Assembly (NCBI GenBank): GCA_944392455.1
Contig: CALXWP010000004.1
Span: 18,870-82,869 of the forward strand
DNA length: 64,000 nucleotides
Direction: 5' to 3'
Source of the DNA: an uncultured Clostridia bacterium
GTDB taxonomy: Bacteria > Bacillota > Clostridia > TANB77 > CAG-508
Shown: piece by piece, positions 40,453 through 50,265 of the stretch
Position numbering within the stretch: position 1 is the stretch's first letter
Layout of the letters: each line of letters opens with the position of its first letter
The notes under the pieces: model-generated
Seen by the model: only the letters and a program-made list of their open reading frames with translations
Told to the model about the DNA's origin: nothing
Databases searched by the model: none
Position numbers and translations under genes: made by a program

Positions 40453-40477
40453 ACTTTTATTAAATTTCTAAGCATAG

Positions 40478-40521
40478 AAAAACATCATATCTATCTACTA
40501 TCAAATTAATATGATGTTTTT
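40478..40521 (-). terminator. 13-bp perfect inverted repeat terminator after 40565..41527
   Basis: AAAAACATCATAT...ATATGATGTTTTT. The T-run sits on the minus-strand side. Confidence 0.65.
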
Positions 40522-40564
40522 ACATAGTTATTTAAATAAAAATCTTTATAACTTATATAATATG

Positions 40565-41527
40565 TTACTTCTGTAAATTATAGATTTGGTTATTCTCAAC
40601 TTCTTGTAACTGATTATTTCCTATAATTCTAAATTCTCTTTCTCCATTTCTGAAATTTATAATATCATGCTCTAGAACGTAACTATTTGAATGTTCATAA
40701 TGATTTATAAGTCCATCGTCATATGTAAATACAGCTGAGCTATCTGAATTCATTGTAAATGTATATTCATCACCACATACATATGTACCATATTCTGCTG
40801 TATATTTTGCATTAGATATTCCTTTTGAGTCAGCAACTAAAACATTATCTTTTATTTCTTGCATTTGCTCATCTATTGTTTGTTGCATAGTTGCATCTAT
40901 AACTTCTGTATTTTGGTAGGTCGTATATAGATTTTGTAAGTCTTGTGATAAATTTTCAAAACTTATCTCGTTCATTGCAACCATTTTATTTAAATTTATA
41001 TATTTATAATACATTGTTTCATCATCAACATCTATTTCAGTTATTATACTATTTTGGTTAACAATATCATTTACAAAAATGTATTTATCATCATCTTCCA
41101 CAAAATAATTTAATCTATCATCTTCTACATTATATAACATTCTTATATTTGCTTCATAGTATTCTTTACTTTCTTGAACTTCATCACCATTTAATGATAA
41201 AAATCCTAAACTATAATCTCTTTTATATGCCAATACCGGAATTGCGTTTTCGTCATTTTGTATATTAATAAAAACAGCAGTAACATTTGAAGAAGTATTT
41301 TCGAATATATTTTCTCTTAAGTATTGTGCATATTTTTCTACAAATTCATTATTATTTGTAACTACATCTGATTGAATCACTGTATTTGTATCCTGCGCTA
41401 TTACATTAGCTGGTTCCCCATTTGCTTGCTTTGTATCTTTTGGAAGTAAAGACCATATTATTCCTCCAATTAACAGACAACATACAAGAGCTAAAACTAC
41501 AATTGTTATTATTAATTTTTTTCTCAT
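40565..41527 (-). CDS. N-terminally anchored extracytoplasmic protein, function unknown
   Basis: 320 aa. TM anchor MRKKLIITIVVLALVCCLLIGG followed by a soluble domain. Confidence 0.5.
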   Translation of the reverse strand: MRKKLIITIVVLALVCCLLIGGIIWSLLPKDTKQANGEPANVIAQDTNTVIQSDVVTNNNEFVEKYAQYLRENIFENTSSNVTAVFINIQNDENAIPVLAYKRDYSLGFLSLNGDEVQESKEYYEANIRMLYNVEDDRLNYFVEDDDKYIFVNDIVNQNSIITEIDVDDETMYYKYINLNKMVAMNEISFENLSQDLQNLYTTYQNTEVIDATMQQTIDEQMQEIKDNVLVADSKGISNAKYTAEYGTYVCGDEYTFTMNSDSSAVFTYDDGLINHYEHSNSYVLEHDIINFRNGEREFRIIGNNQLQEVENNQIYNLQK

Positions 41528-41606
41528 AAAAAGACCCCCTATTATTTTTTATTACATTTGATATTATATCAAAAAAAGAATTTATAGTACATATATTATA
41601 AAATTT

Positions 41607-42167
41607 TTATATTTTTATTTTTTCTAATGCTTTTTTTCTACTACTAATTTTATTTTTTTCTTTTTTACTTAACTCTGCTAATGTTCTTCCATCTTCTAGT
41701 TCAAATATTTCGTCAAATCCAAACCCATTATTTCCTCTTTTTTCTTTTGAAATATAACCTTCTAATATGCCTTTGTATACATTAGTTTTTCCATTTGGTT
41801 TTGCTACTGCAATACAAGTAACTACCTCTGCTTTTCTATTAGATATATCTTTCATCATTTCTAATATATATGTATTTCTTTCTTTTTGATTTGCATTTTC
41901 TCCTAAAAATCTTGCTGTTTTCACTCCAGGAAATCCATTAAGTGCTTCAACACATAATCCACTATCATCAGCAATACATATTTTATTAGTTAATTTACAT
42001 ATTTCTATTGCTTTTTTTAAAGCATTTCCTTCAAATGTATCTTGATCTTCATCAACTTCAATATCAATATTTGCTTCTTTTAATGATATTATTTTATATT
42101 CTTTTAATATTACTTGAATTTCATTTACTTTTCCTTGATTATTTGATGCTAAAATTATCTCTTCCAT
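41607..42167 (-). CDS. rdgB: non-canonical purine NTP pyrophosphatase (RdgB/HAM1 family)
   Basis: 186 aa with the SNNQGKVNE, DDSGLCVEALNGFPGV and GFGFDEIF motifs. Confidence 0.85.
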   Translation of the reverse strand: MEEIILASNNQGKVNEIQVILKEYKIISLKEANIDIEVDEDQDTFEGNALKKAIEICKLTNKICIADDSGLCVEALNGFPGVKTARFLGENANQKERNTYILEMMKDISNRKAEVVTCIAVAKPNGKTNVYKGILEGYISKEKRGNNGFGFDEIFELEDGRTLAELSKKEKNKISSRKKALEKIKI

Positions 42168-42283
42168 TTTCTCTCCTTATTTATATTTTATTATCTTTTA
42201 TCATATTTAGAATTCTATCATATTATATTTATTTTATCTATATATACCCTAAAAAAATAAGAAAATTATTCGGCAGTTTATTG

Positions 42284-42341
42284 AAAAAAAATAACCCAAA
42301 ATTGTTAAAGTTCTTATTATAACAATTTTGGGTTATTTTTA
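42284..42341. terminator. long inverted-repeat terminator downstream of ppdK
   Basis: AATAACCCAAAATTGTTA...TAACAATTTTGGGTTATT, flanked by an A-run and a T-run. Confidence 0.7.
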
Positions 42342-42384
42342 AATTAGCAAAAGTTTATTTAAGTTTATTTATAAAATTTATATT

Positions 42385-45006
42385 TTACCTAGGATATTTA
42401 ATAGCTGCTTGTGCTGCTGCTAAGCGTGCTATTGGAACTCTATATGGTGAACAAGAAACATATGTTAATCCTATTCTATGACAATATTCAACTGTTGGTG
42501 GATTTCCACCATGCTCTCCACAAATACCAAGTTCTATATCAGGTCTTGTTTGTCTTCCTAGTTTTACAGCATGTTCAACAAGCTGTCCTACACCTTCTTC
42601 ATCTATTCTTGCAAATGGATCAAAATCATAAATATTTTTAGAATAATATTCACCTAAGAATTTTCCTGCATCATCACGGCTAAATCCAAATGTCATTTGT
42701 GTTAAATCATTTGTACCAAATGAGAAAAATTCGGCTTCTTTAGCAATTTTATCTGCTATTAATGTAGCTCTAGGTATTTCTATCATTGTTCCTACCATAT
42801 ACTTAATATCCATTTTTTCTTGCTGTAACATTTCATCTGCTGTTTTTGTAATAATGTTTTTAACATAAACAAGTTCTTTAAAGTCACCAACTAAAGGTAT
42901 CATTATTTCAGGCTTTACATCTATACCTTCTCTTTTTACATTTATTGCTGCTCCAATAATTGCCTTAGTTTGCATTACACCTATTTCAGGATATGTTATA
43001 TCTAATCTACATCCTCTATGTCCCATCATTGGATTAAATTCATGTAAACCAACAACAACATCTTTTAATTCTTCAAATGTCATATTCATATCTTTAGCTA
43101 GGTCTGCTATTTCTTCATCAGTATGAGGTAAGAATTCATGTAAAGGTGGATCTAGTAATCTAATTGTTACTGGAAGTCCTTTCATTTCTCTAAACAATCC
43201 TTCAAAATCTTCTCTTTGCATTGGAAGTATTTTATCTAAAGCCTTTTCTCTTTGTTCCTTTGTTTTTGATACTATCATCTCTCTTATAGCTGCTATTCTT
43301 TCTGGAGCAAAGAACATATGCTCTGTTCTGCATAAACCAATCCCCTGTGCTCCAAATTCATATGCTTGTTTTGCATCTTTTGGTGTGTCAGCATTTGTTC
43401 TAACTTCCATTTGTCTATATCTATCAGCCCATTCCATAAATTTAGCAAAATTTCCTGAAACTGTAGCATTTACAGTATCAATTTTTTCTCCATAAACATT
43501 TCCTGTAGAACCATCTAAAGAAATCCAGTCTCCTTCATGATATGTGTTTCCATTTACTGTAAATGTTCTAGTTTCTTCATTTACTGATATTTCTGAACAT
43601 CCAGATACACAACAAGTACCCATACCACGTGCAACAACTGCTGCATGTGATGTCATACCACCTCTTACAGTAAGTATTCCATGGCATACATGCATTCCAT
43701 CAATATCTTCTGGAGATGTTTCAAGTCTTACTAATATTAAGTCTTTTTCACCTGCTTCATGTTTTACTAGAGCATCATCTGCTGTAAATACAACTTTTCC
43801 AGTTGCAGCTCCTGGAGATGCAGCAAGGCCTTTAGCAATTGGTTTTGCTTGTTTTAATTTTTCCTGATCAAAATTAGGATGTAATAATTGATCTAATTGA
43901 TTTGGTTCAACTCTTAAAACTGCTTCTTTTTCTGTAATCATTCCTTCATTAACTAAATCAACTGCTATTTGAAGTGCTGCTGTAGCTGTTCTTTTACCAT
44001 TTCTAGTTTGTAAGAAATATAACTTTCCATTTTCAATCGTAAATTCCATATCTTGCATATCTTTATAATGTTTCTCAAGTTTATTTGCATACATTACAAA
44101 ATCCTGATATGCTTCCATATCTGTTTCTTTTAATGTCTCAATTGGCATAGGTGTACGAATACCTGCAACAACATCTTCACCTTGTGCATTCATTAAATAC
44201 TCACCAAATATTTTGTTTTCACCTGTTGCTGGGTTACGTGAAAATGCAACACCTGTACCACAATCTTCTCCCATATTTCCAAATACCATTTCCTGTACAT
44301 TAACAGCTGTACCCCAGCTACTTGGTATATCGTTTAATCTTCTATATGTTATAGCTCTTGGATTATTCCATGATCTAAATACTGCAGTTACAGCTTCTAT
44401 TAATTGCTCTTCTGGATTTATAGGAAATTCTGAACCATGTTCTTTTAAATATATTCCTTTAAATATTTCTACTAATTCTTTTAAATCTTCTGCATTTAAT
44501 TCTGTGTCTAATTTAACTCCTCTTTGATTCTTCATTTCATCTATAGCATTTTCAAATAATGTTTTTGGTATTTCCATTACAACATCACTAAACATTTGTA
44601 TAAATCTTCTATAACTATCATAAGCAAATCTTTCATTCTTTTTAGCCATAGATTCAACTACTTCTTTATTTAAGCCAAGATTTAATATTGTATCCATCAT
44701 TCCAGGCATTGAAGCTCTTGCTCCTGAACGAACTGAAACTAAAAGTGGATTTTCAGGATCTCCAAATTTCTTTTTAGTCATATTCTCTAATTCTCTTAAA
44801 CTTGAAAAAATTTGTGATTTTACTTGGTCTGAAATTTTTTCTCCATTATCATAGTATTCTATACAAGCTTCTGTTGTAATTGTAAATCCTTGTGGAATTG
44901 GAAGCCCTAAATTAGTCATTTCAGCAAGGTTTGCTCCTTTTCCTCCAAGTAGTTCACGCATTGATGCATTTCCTTCTTTAAATAGATATACATACTTTTT
45001 ATCCAT
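42385..45006 (-). CDS. ppdK: pyruvate, phosphate dikinase
   Basis: LLGGKGANLAEM, the catalytic-His region GGMTSHAAVVARG, and the PEP-utilising C-terminal domain with GICGE. Start chosen at the ATG 45004-45006 (MDKKYVY), preceded by GGGAGG. Confidence 0.94.
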   Translation of the reverse strand: MDKKYVYLFKEGNASMRELLGGKGANLAEMTNLGLPIPQGFTITTEACIEYYDNGEKISDQVKSQIFSSLRELENMTKKKFGDPENPLLVSVRSGARASMPGMMDTILNLGLNKEVVESMAKKNERFAYDSYRRFIQMFSDVVMEIPKTLFENAIDEMKNQRGVKLDTELNAEDLKELVEIFKGIYLKEHGSEFPINPEEQLIEAVTAVFRSWNNPRAITYRRLNDIPSSWGTAVNVQEMVFGNMGEDCGTGVAFSRNPATGENKIFGEYLMNAQGEDVVAGIRTPMPIETLKETDMEAYQDFVMYANKLEKHYKDMQDMEFTIENGKLYFLQTRNGKRTATAALQIAVDLVNEGMITEKEAVLRVEPNQLDQLLHPNFDQEKLKQAKPIAKGLAASPGAATGKVVFTADDALVKHEAGEKDLILVRLETSPEDIDGMHVCHGILTVRGGMTSHAAVVARGMGTCCVSGCSEISVNEETRTFTVNGNTYHEGDWISLDGSTGNVYGEKIDTVNATVSGNFAKFMEWADRYRQMEVRTNADTPKDAKQAYEFGAQGIGLCRTEHMFFAPERIAAIREMIVSKTKEQREKALDKILPMQREDFEGLFREMKGLPVTIRLLDPPLHEFLPHTDEEIADLAKDMNMTFEELKDVVVGLHEFNPMMGHRGCRLDITYPEIGVMQTKAIIGAAINVKREGIDVKPEIMIPLVGDFKELVYVKNIITKTADEMLQQEKMDIKYMVGTMIEIPRATLIADKIAKEAEFFSFGTNDLTQMTFGFSRDDAGKFLGEYYSKNIYDFDPFARIDEEGVGQLVEHAVKLGRQTRPDIELGICGEHGGNPPTVEYCHRIGLTYVSCSPYRVPIARLAAAQAAIKYPR

Positions 45007-45133
45007 AATTGTTCCTCCCATATTTATATCTTTTGCAATTAATATTTTTTTATGTATTAAATTTAGTACTTTTTTACTAAACTTTAATTATTAATTAATA
45101 TTAATACAAATATTATATATATAATATTAAAAA

Positions 45134-45169
45134 AAGTAAACAAATTTCTTTAATAATTTGTTTACTTTT
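45134..45169 (-). terminator. 13-bp perfect inverted repeat; on the minus strand it is followed by a T-run
   Basis: AAAGTAAACAAAT...ATTTGTTTACTTT. It probably terminates transcription coming from the DUF1294 gene before the ppdK promoter. Confidence 0.55.
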
Positions 45170-45170
45170 A

Positions 45171-45340
45171 TTATTGTATAGGAAAAATCGACTTTTTCTC
45201 TGAAATTTCAGTATTTTTAATGATTTTTCCCTATACAACAATGTTAATTTTCCTTGGGCTGTGCATATTTGCGAAGCAAAATGCACATGTGGACGTCGAA
45301 ATCTTGGATTTCATTAACGTCCAATTTTCTTATTTATTTT
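45171..45340 (+). ncRNA. structured element copy B (inverted relative to copy A)
   Basis: Plus strand, in order:
- UUAUUGUAUA.
- GGAAAAAUC...GAUUUUUCC.
- CAACAAUGUUAAUUUUCCUUGGGCU.
- GUGCAUAUUUGC-GAA-GCAAAAUGCAC (45261-45286).
- UGGACGU...ACGUCCA (45290-45323), then AUUUUCUUAUUUAUUUU.
The core is about 85% identical to copy A, with compensatory changes in two stems. Confidence 0.5.
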
Positions 45341-45618
45341 ATAAAATCATTATATATCATAAATACTAATAATATTTGTAAAATTAATATTACTGGAAAT
45401 CCTATAGAAAATCTAAGTTTCTTAGTTTTATGCCTAAATGTATACATTCCAGCAATTGCTCCAATACTTCCTCCAATTAAAGCAACAATAAATAATGTTT
45501 GTTCTGGAATTCTCCATTTTCCGTATTTTGCTTTTCTTTTATCTAAAAACATTACTAAGAAGGCTATTAAATTAATTACAATCAAATATATGATTAGATA
45601 TTTAGTTATATCACTCAT
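45334..45618 (-). CDS. DUF1294 family small membrane protein
   Basis: 94 aa. DKRKAKYGKWRIPE...GGSIGAIAGMYTFRHKT matches the DUF1294 pattern. Confidence 0.7.
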   Translation of the reverse strand: MSDITKYLIIYLIVINLIAFLVMFLDKRKAKYGKWRIPEQTLFIVALIGGSIGAIAGMYTFRHKTKKLRFSIGFPVILILQILLVFMIYNDFIK

Positions 45619-45640
45619 TTTATTCTCCTAATTTTGAAAT

Positions 45641-47299
45641 TTATTTTAATGGCTCTTTTTCTTCTTTATATATTTTTAATTTTTCTAAAATATTATATAT
45701 TTTAGTTCCATAAGGAATCATCATTATATCATCTTTTGATAATGTTTTTGTAAATAATATTAATAAACAATAAGAAACAGCTCCTAATACAATCGATAAT
45801 AAAGTACTAATTGTATTTCCTAAGAACATATTCATTATATTATATCCGATATATACTATTATACCCATTCCAATTACTGAAATTACAGGCTTTAATATAT
45901 GACTTCTAAATTTAATATGCATATTAACACTTCCATTTAGAACTCTATAACATATTACAAATACGATGATTTGATATATGAAAGAACTTATAGCTGCTCC
46001 ATATATACCTATATTTGGATTACTTATTAAAATCATATTAAGTATAAATTTAGTAACTGCCCCCAGTCCTGCAGCAATAGCTGGAATTTTTGATTTATTT
46101 ACTCCATAAAGACCACCTGTCATTGTTTGTGAAAGCGCAGTTAATATCATTGAAACTGATGCGATCATTAATATTCCAGCGCCTTCTGATGCTGTTGGGT
46201 ATATCATTTGTAATATTGGCTGAGCTAAAGTTATAAATCCTACTGCACATGGCAATATTATAATTAATGAAGCAAAAAATGAAAATGATAATCTTCTAGA
46301 TGCTGTAGCTTTATCTTTTTTTGCAAGAGCTTCTGAGATTGCAGGTGTAAGTGCTGTAGAAAATGCTAAATTTATTGCCAGTGGAAAACTTACTAAAGTA
46401 TCAACTTTTGATAAAATTCCTGTTGCACTCATTGCAGCCTGTTCTAAAGCTTCTTTTGTCATATTTGCATTTTGAAGTGAAATTTGTATACAATTACTTA
46501 CTGTTGCAGTATCTATAACTCCGCTAATAACTGAAATAACTGAGCTTATAGTTATTGGAATAGATATTCCAAGTATTGTTTTTAATAATTGCTTATCAGA
46601 TTTTCTCTTTTCTGGTGATTTTATTGAATCTCTTGTATCAAGCTTATTTCTCTTATAATACATAATTAAATACATAAATGTAATCATTATAGCAAGTGTT
46701 GTAGAAAGATTTCCTGCTGCTGCCATTATATATGTATCTCTTCCTATACAAGCATATACAAAAGTTATTGTTAATACACAATTAAAAAATTGCTCTAATG
46801 TTTGTGATACACTTGTTGGTTTCATATCTTGTTGTCCTGAAAAATATCCTCTAAATACAGCTGACATTGCAACAAAGAATATCGCTGGAGACAATACTTT
46901 CATTACATATGCAACATCTGGCACATTTAGAATATTAGTAGCTATAAAATCTGCTCCTAAAAATAAGCCAATTGATAATACAAGTCCTAAAGTAGTGAAG
47001 AATTTAAAAGCAACTTTAAAGATTCTTTGTGCTCCTTTTGTATCACCTATTGCGATCCTTTCAGATACTAATTTTGATATTACACTTGGTATTCCTATTG
47101 ATGAAAGTGTTAATAAAAGAGAATATATTTGATATCCAGCTGAGTAATATCCAAGCCCAGTATCTCCAAACCCTTCTATATTTGTTATAACGAGCTTATA
47201 TATTAATCCTAATACTTTTATAAGAAATTGAGAGCATATAAGTATTACAACATTTTTCATAAAAGAGTTTGTCTTTTTTTTAAATCTTTTTCCTTTCAA
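45641..47299 (-). CDS. MOP-superfamily flippase (polysaccharide biosynthesis protein / SpoVB-MurJ-like)
   Basis: 552 aa with about 14 TM helices, and the N-terminal charged leader typical of this family. Confidence 0.65.
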   Translation of the reverse strand: MKGKRFKKKTNSFMKNVVILICSQFLIKVLGLIYKLVITNIEGFGDTGLGYYSAGYQIYSLLLTLSSIGIPSVISKLVSERIAIGDTKGAQRIFKVAFKFFTTLGLVLSIGLFLGADFIATNILNVPDVAYVMKVLSPAIFFVAMSAVFRGYFSGQQDMKPTSVSQTLEQFFNCVLTITFVYACIGRDTYIMAAAGNLSTTLAIMITFMYLIMYYKRNKLDTRDSIKSPEKRKSDKQLLKTILGISIPITISSVISVISGVIDTATVSNCIQISLQNANMTKEALEQAAMSATGILSKVDTLVSFPLAINLAFSTALTPAISEALAKKDKATASRRLSFSFFASLIIILPCAVGFITLAQPILQMIYPTASEGAGILMIASVSMILTALSQTMTGGLYGVNKSKIPAIAAGLGAVTKFILNMILISNPNIGIYGAAISSFIYQIIVFVICYRVLNGSVNMHIKFRSHILKPVISVIGMGIIVYIGYNIMNMFLGNTISTLLSIVLGAVSYCLLILFTKTLSKDDIMMIPYGTKIYNILEKLKIYKEEKEPLK

Positions 47300-47373
47300 A
47301 ACTATTCTTCTCCTAATTATAAATAAATTTTGTTACTCTCTTACTCTATCTTTTATCTCATAATATATTTATT

Positions 47374-48387
47374 TTACTCTATATTAAATTTTGGCATCAT
47401 TCCGATTTTATCTGGAGTATGTTCAGGTAATTGATATATATCATGACCAGGGAATTCATTTCCCTCTACAAAAATTGGTCCATCTGGTGTAAAGCAAACA
47501 TCCCATCCTATATATCCCATTTGTGGAACTACCTTAGCTGCTTCTTTACACATTTGGATTGCTTTATCCCAATCCGGGAATTTAAAGCCTTTTATTTTTG
47601 CTCCCGTTTTAGGATGTGTTTCATATAAGTTTTTATTTTTATCAATTGCTTTATCCATAACTTCACCTGTCATCTCATTTACAGGAGCAACCATTCCGCC
47701 ACTATTAAAATTGTCTACAAATTTTCCATTTCCAATCCTAAAATATGCGCATATAACATGTGGGATTCCATTTTTTAATATTGTCACCACTCTAACTGTA
47801 TTTATAGCATCTGGATATATTTTACTAACTTCTGGATGTTGTTTAATAACTTCTTCTAATTCAAAATTATTATTACCTTCTACTAATTTTTTATATACTT
47901 CGTCAAGTGAGCTATAATCTTGAGTATTTATTTTTTCTATCCCATGACCGCATCCGCCATCAACAGGCTTTGCCATAAATTCATTATGCTTTTCCATAAA
48001 TGCTATTACATTTTCTTTTGGAGTATCTCTAACATTTATCCAATCTCTTTTTATATAATCTTTAAAAACTTCATTAAATTCATTTTTATTTTCAAATATA
48101 TGGAAATATGCTTTATCATTATATTTACTAACTATTTCGTTGTTTCTACCTCTTGTGATATATGTATCACGTTGTTTTGCATTTAAATTATACATTTCAA
48201 ACAAATCATAATCCATATATCCAGCACCATATTTCATAGCACATCTTTGCATATCAAATAACAAATATAATTTAGATTTTCCTGTTTTTTTATGTATAGA
48301 ATCTATTTTGTCAAACATGGCTTTTTTATCCATAGATTTTATTCTTTTTAATACATATTTAATATTTCCCAATATTTTCTCCTCCAA
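47374..48387 (-). CDS. ATP-grasp fold protein (sugar-transfer-associated ATP-grasp-like)
   Basis: 337 aa. Has PVDGGCGHGIE, and IGWDVCFTPDGPIFVEGNEFPGH resembles the ATP-grasp C-terminal Mg-binding region. Confidence 0.55.
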   Translation of the reverse strand: MEEKILGNIKYVLKRIKSMDKKAMFDKIDSIHKKTGKSKLYLLFDMQRCAMKYGAGYMDYDLFEMYNLNAKQRDTYITRGRNNEIVSKYNDKAYFHIFENKNEFNEVFKDYIKRDWINVRDTPKENVIAFMEKHNEFMAKPVDGGCGHGIEKINTQDYSSLDEVYKKLVEGNNNFELEEVIKQHPEVSKIYPDAINTVRVVTILKNGIPHVICAYFRIGNGKFVDNFNSGGMVAPVNEMTGEVMDKAIDKNKNLYETHPKTGAKIKGFKFPDWDKAIQMCKEAAKVVPQMGYIGWDVCFTPDGPIFVEGNEFPGHDIYQLPEHTPDKIGMMPKFNIE

Positions 48388-48428
48388 ACTTTATCATGAG
48401 TAAATTTTACTAAACTTTACAATGATTA

Positions 48429-49811
48429 TTAAAATTTAATTTTATCTTCTAACCAATTTACAAGCTCATCAATTTTTACTCTAACTTGCTCCATTGTATC
48501 TCTATCTCTAATTGTTACTGAGTTATCTTCTAAAGTATCAAAATCTATTGTTACACAATATGGTGTTCCTATTTCATCTTCTCTTCTATATCTTTTTCCA
48601 ATACTTCCTGCTTCATCATAATCACACATAAATTCTCTAGATAGCATTTCATAAACTATTCCTGCTTTTTCACTTAGTTTCTTAGAAAGTGGTAATACTG
48701 CTACTTTATATGGGGCTAAAGCTGGATGTAAATGAAGTACTGTTCTTACATCTCCATCTGCTATTTCTTCTTCATCAAAACTATTACATAAAAATGCTAA
48801 AGCAACTCTATCACATCCAAGTGATGGTTCAATACAATATGGTATATACTTTTCGTTCGTTTCTGGATCCAAATATGTCATATCTTCTTTTGAATGATCC
48901 ATATGTTGTTTTAGATCATAATTTGTTCTATCAGCAATACCCCATAATTCTCCCCATCCAAATGGGAATGCAAATTCTATATCTGTTGTACCGTTACTAT
49001 AATGTGAAAGCTCTTCTGGTGAATGATCTCTTAGTCTAATATTTTCCTTTTTCATTCCTAAGCTTAATAACCAGTTTTCGCAAAATTCTTTCCAATATTT
49101 ATGCCATTCTAAATCTGTTCCTGGTTTACAGAAAAATTCTAATTCCATTTGTTCAAATTCACGTGTCCTAAATGTGAAATTTCCAGGAGTTATTTCATTT
49201 CTAAAAGCCTTTCCTATTTGTGCAATACCCATTGGTAATTTTCTTCTTGTTGTACGCATTACATTTTTAAAATTAACAAATATTCCTTGAGCAGTTTCTG
49301 GTCTTAAATATATTTCTGATTTACTATCTTCAGTAACTCCTTGGAATGTTTTAAACATTAAATTAAATTTACGAATGTCTGTAAAATTTTCTTTTCCACA
49401 GTTTGGACAGGGAATATGATTCTCCTTTATGAAATTTATCATTGCTTCATCACTCATTCCATCAGCAATCATATCATTTCCTTGACTATGTGCCCATTCT
49501 TCAATTAATTTATCAGCTCTGTGTCTTGTTTTACATTCTTTACAATCTATTAAAGGATCTGAAAAATTTCCAACATGCCCTGATGCAACCCAAACTTCTG
49601 GATTCATAAGAATTGCAGCATCTAATCCAACATTATATTTACTTTCTTGTACAAATTTTTTCATCCATGCTTTTTTTATATTATTTTTTAATTCTACACC
49701 TAAAGGCCCATAATCCCATGTATTAGCAAGTCCTCCATAAATTTCAGAACCCGGATATACATATCCTCTGTTTTTGCATAGTGCAACTAGTGTGTCCATT
49801 GATTTTAACAT
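48429..49811 (-). CDS. glyQS: glycine--tRNA ligase (alpha2 homodimeric type)
   Basis: [13 protein letters not shown], the class II motifs ([21 protein letters not shown]) and an anticodon-binding C-terminus. Confidence 0.94.
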   Translation of the reverse strand: MLKSMDTLVALCKNRGYVYPGSEIYGGLANTWDYGPLGVELKNNIKKAWMKKFVQESKYNVGLDAAILMNPEVWVASGHVGNFSDPLIDCKECKTRHRADKLIEEWAHSQGNDMIADGMSDEAMINFIKENHIPCPNCGKENFTDIRKFNLMFKTFQGVTEDSKSEIYLRPETAQGIFVNFKNVMRTTRRKLPMGIAQIGKAFRNEITPGNFTFRTREFEQMELEFFCKPGTDLEWHKYWKEFCENWLLSLGMKKENIRLRDHSPEELSHYSNGTTDIEFAFPFGWGELWGIADRTNYDLKQHMDHSKEDMTYLDPETNEKYIPYCIEPSLGCDRVALAFLCNSFDEEEIADGDVRTVLHLHPALAPYKVAVLPLSKKLSEKAGIVYEMLSREFMCDYDEAGSIGKRYRREDEIGTPYCVTIDFDTLEDNSVTIRDRDTMEQVRVKIDELVNWLEDKIKF

Positions 49812-49904
49812 AAAAATTCCTCCCTTTAATTTTATTTGCTAATATATGAAAGTTTTTTATACATGCAAGTTAATGTGCACGACATTGATTTCCATTAATT
49901 AAAA

Positions 49905-50144
49905 TCAAAAAAACTTTCATACCTAGCATATTTTTAATAGCTAGGGACGAAAGTTATATTCCGCGTTTCCACCCTACTTCTTAAAACTTAGATTCTATTA
50001 AAATTAATCCCAGTTTTAAGCACCTTAATTTGGTATGTTACTCCAAAGCTCCCCATATGCATTTATTATTGGTTTTCCACCATCACCAATTCTCTAAAAA
50101 TAAATGTTATCATATTTTTTCTTTTTCACAGTAACTATTTTATT
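49905..50144 (-). promoter_or_regulatory. T-box riboswitch leader of glyQS (probable Gly specifier GGU)
   Basis: Minus strand: AGAGA (50091-50095), T-box sequence GUAGGGUGGAAACGCGG (49961-49977), and terminator CUUUCGUCCCUAGC...GCUAGGUAUGAAAG plus a U7 run (49907-49953). The putative specifier GGU at 50022-50024 is tentative. Confidence 0.85.
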
Positions 50145-50150
50145 GTCAAT

Positions 50151-50179
50151 ATTATATGCTCTTGTTTTAGAATTGTCAA
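50151..50179 (-). promoter_or_regulatory. consensus sigma-A promoter of the T-box/glyQS transcript
   Basis: Minus strand: TTGACA (50174-50179), 17-nt spacer, TATAAT (50151-50156). Confidence 0.75.
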
Positions 50180-50265
50180 GATTTATTTTAGTACTTTTAA
50201 AGATTTAAGTTTTAAAACATTTTTAAACATTTCAAAAAATATACGATTAAGGTTAAATTTTATTT

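Noticed and set aside
38673-45340. Composite transposon or invertible segment bounded by the inverted elements A and B
   Set aside because: The enclosed segment contains core genes (ppdK, rdgB) in the native orientation. There is no transposase or recombinase, no target-site duplication that I could see, and the copies are only about 85% identical over about 60 nt. I mention it only as something to test.
45254-45631. 125-aa plus-strand ORF covering element B and the antisense of the DUF1294 gene
   Set aside because: It lies antisense to a recognisable DUF1294 CDS, has no RBS, and its start falls inside hairpin 3 of the repeat element. The short MW.. peptides shared by elements A and B arise only because ACATGTGG is conserved, and no SD precedes them.
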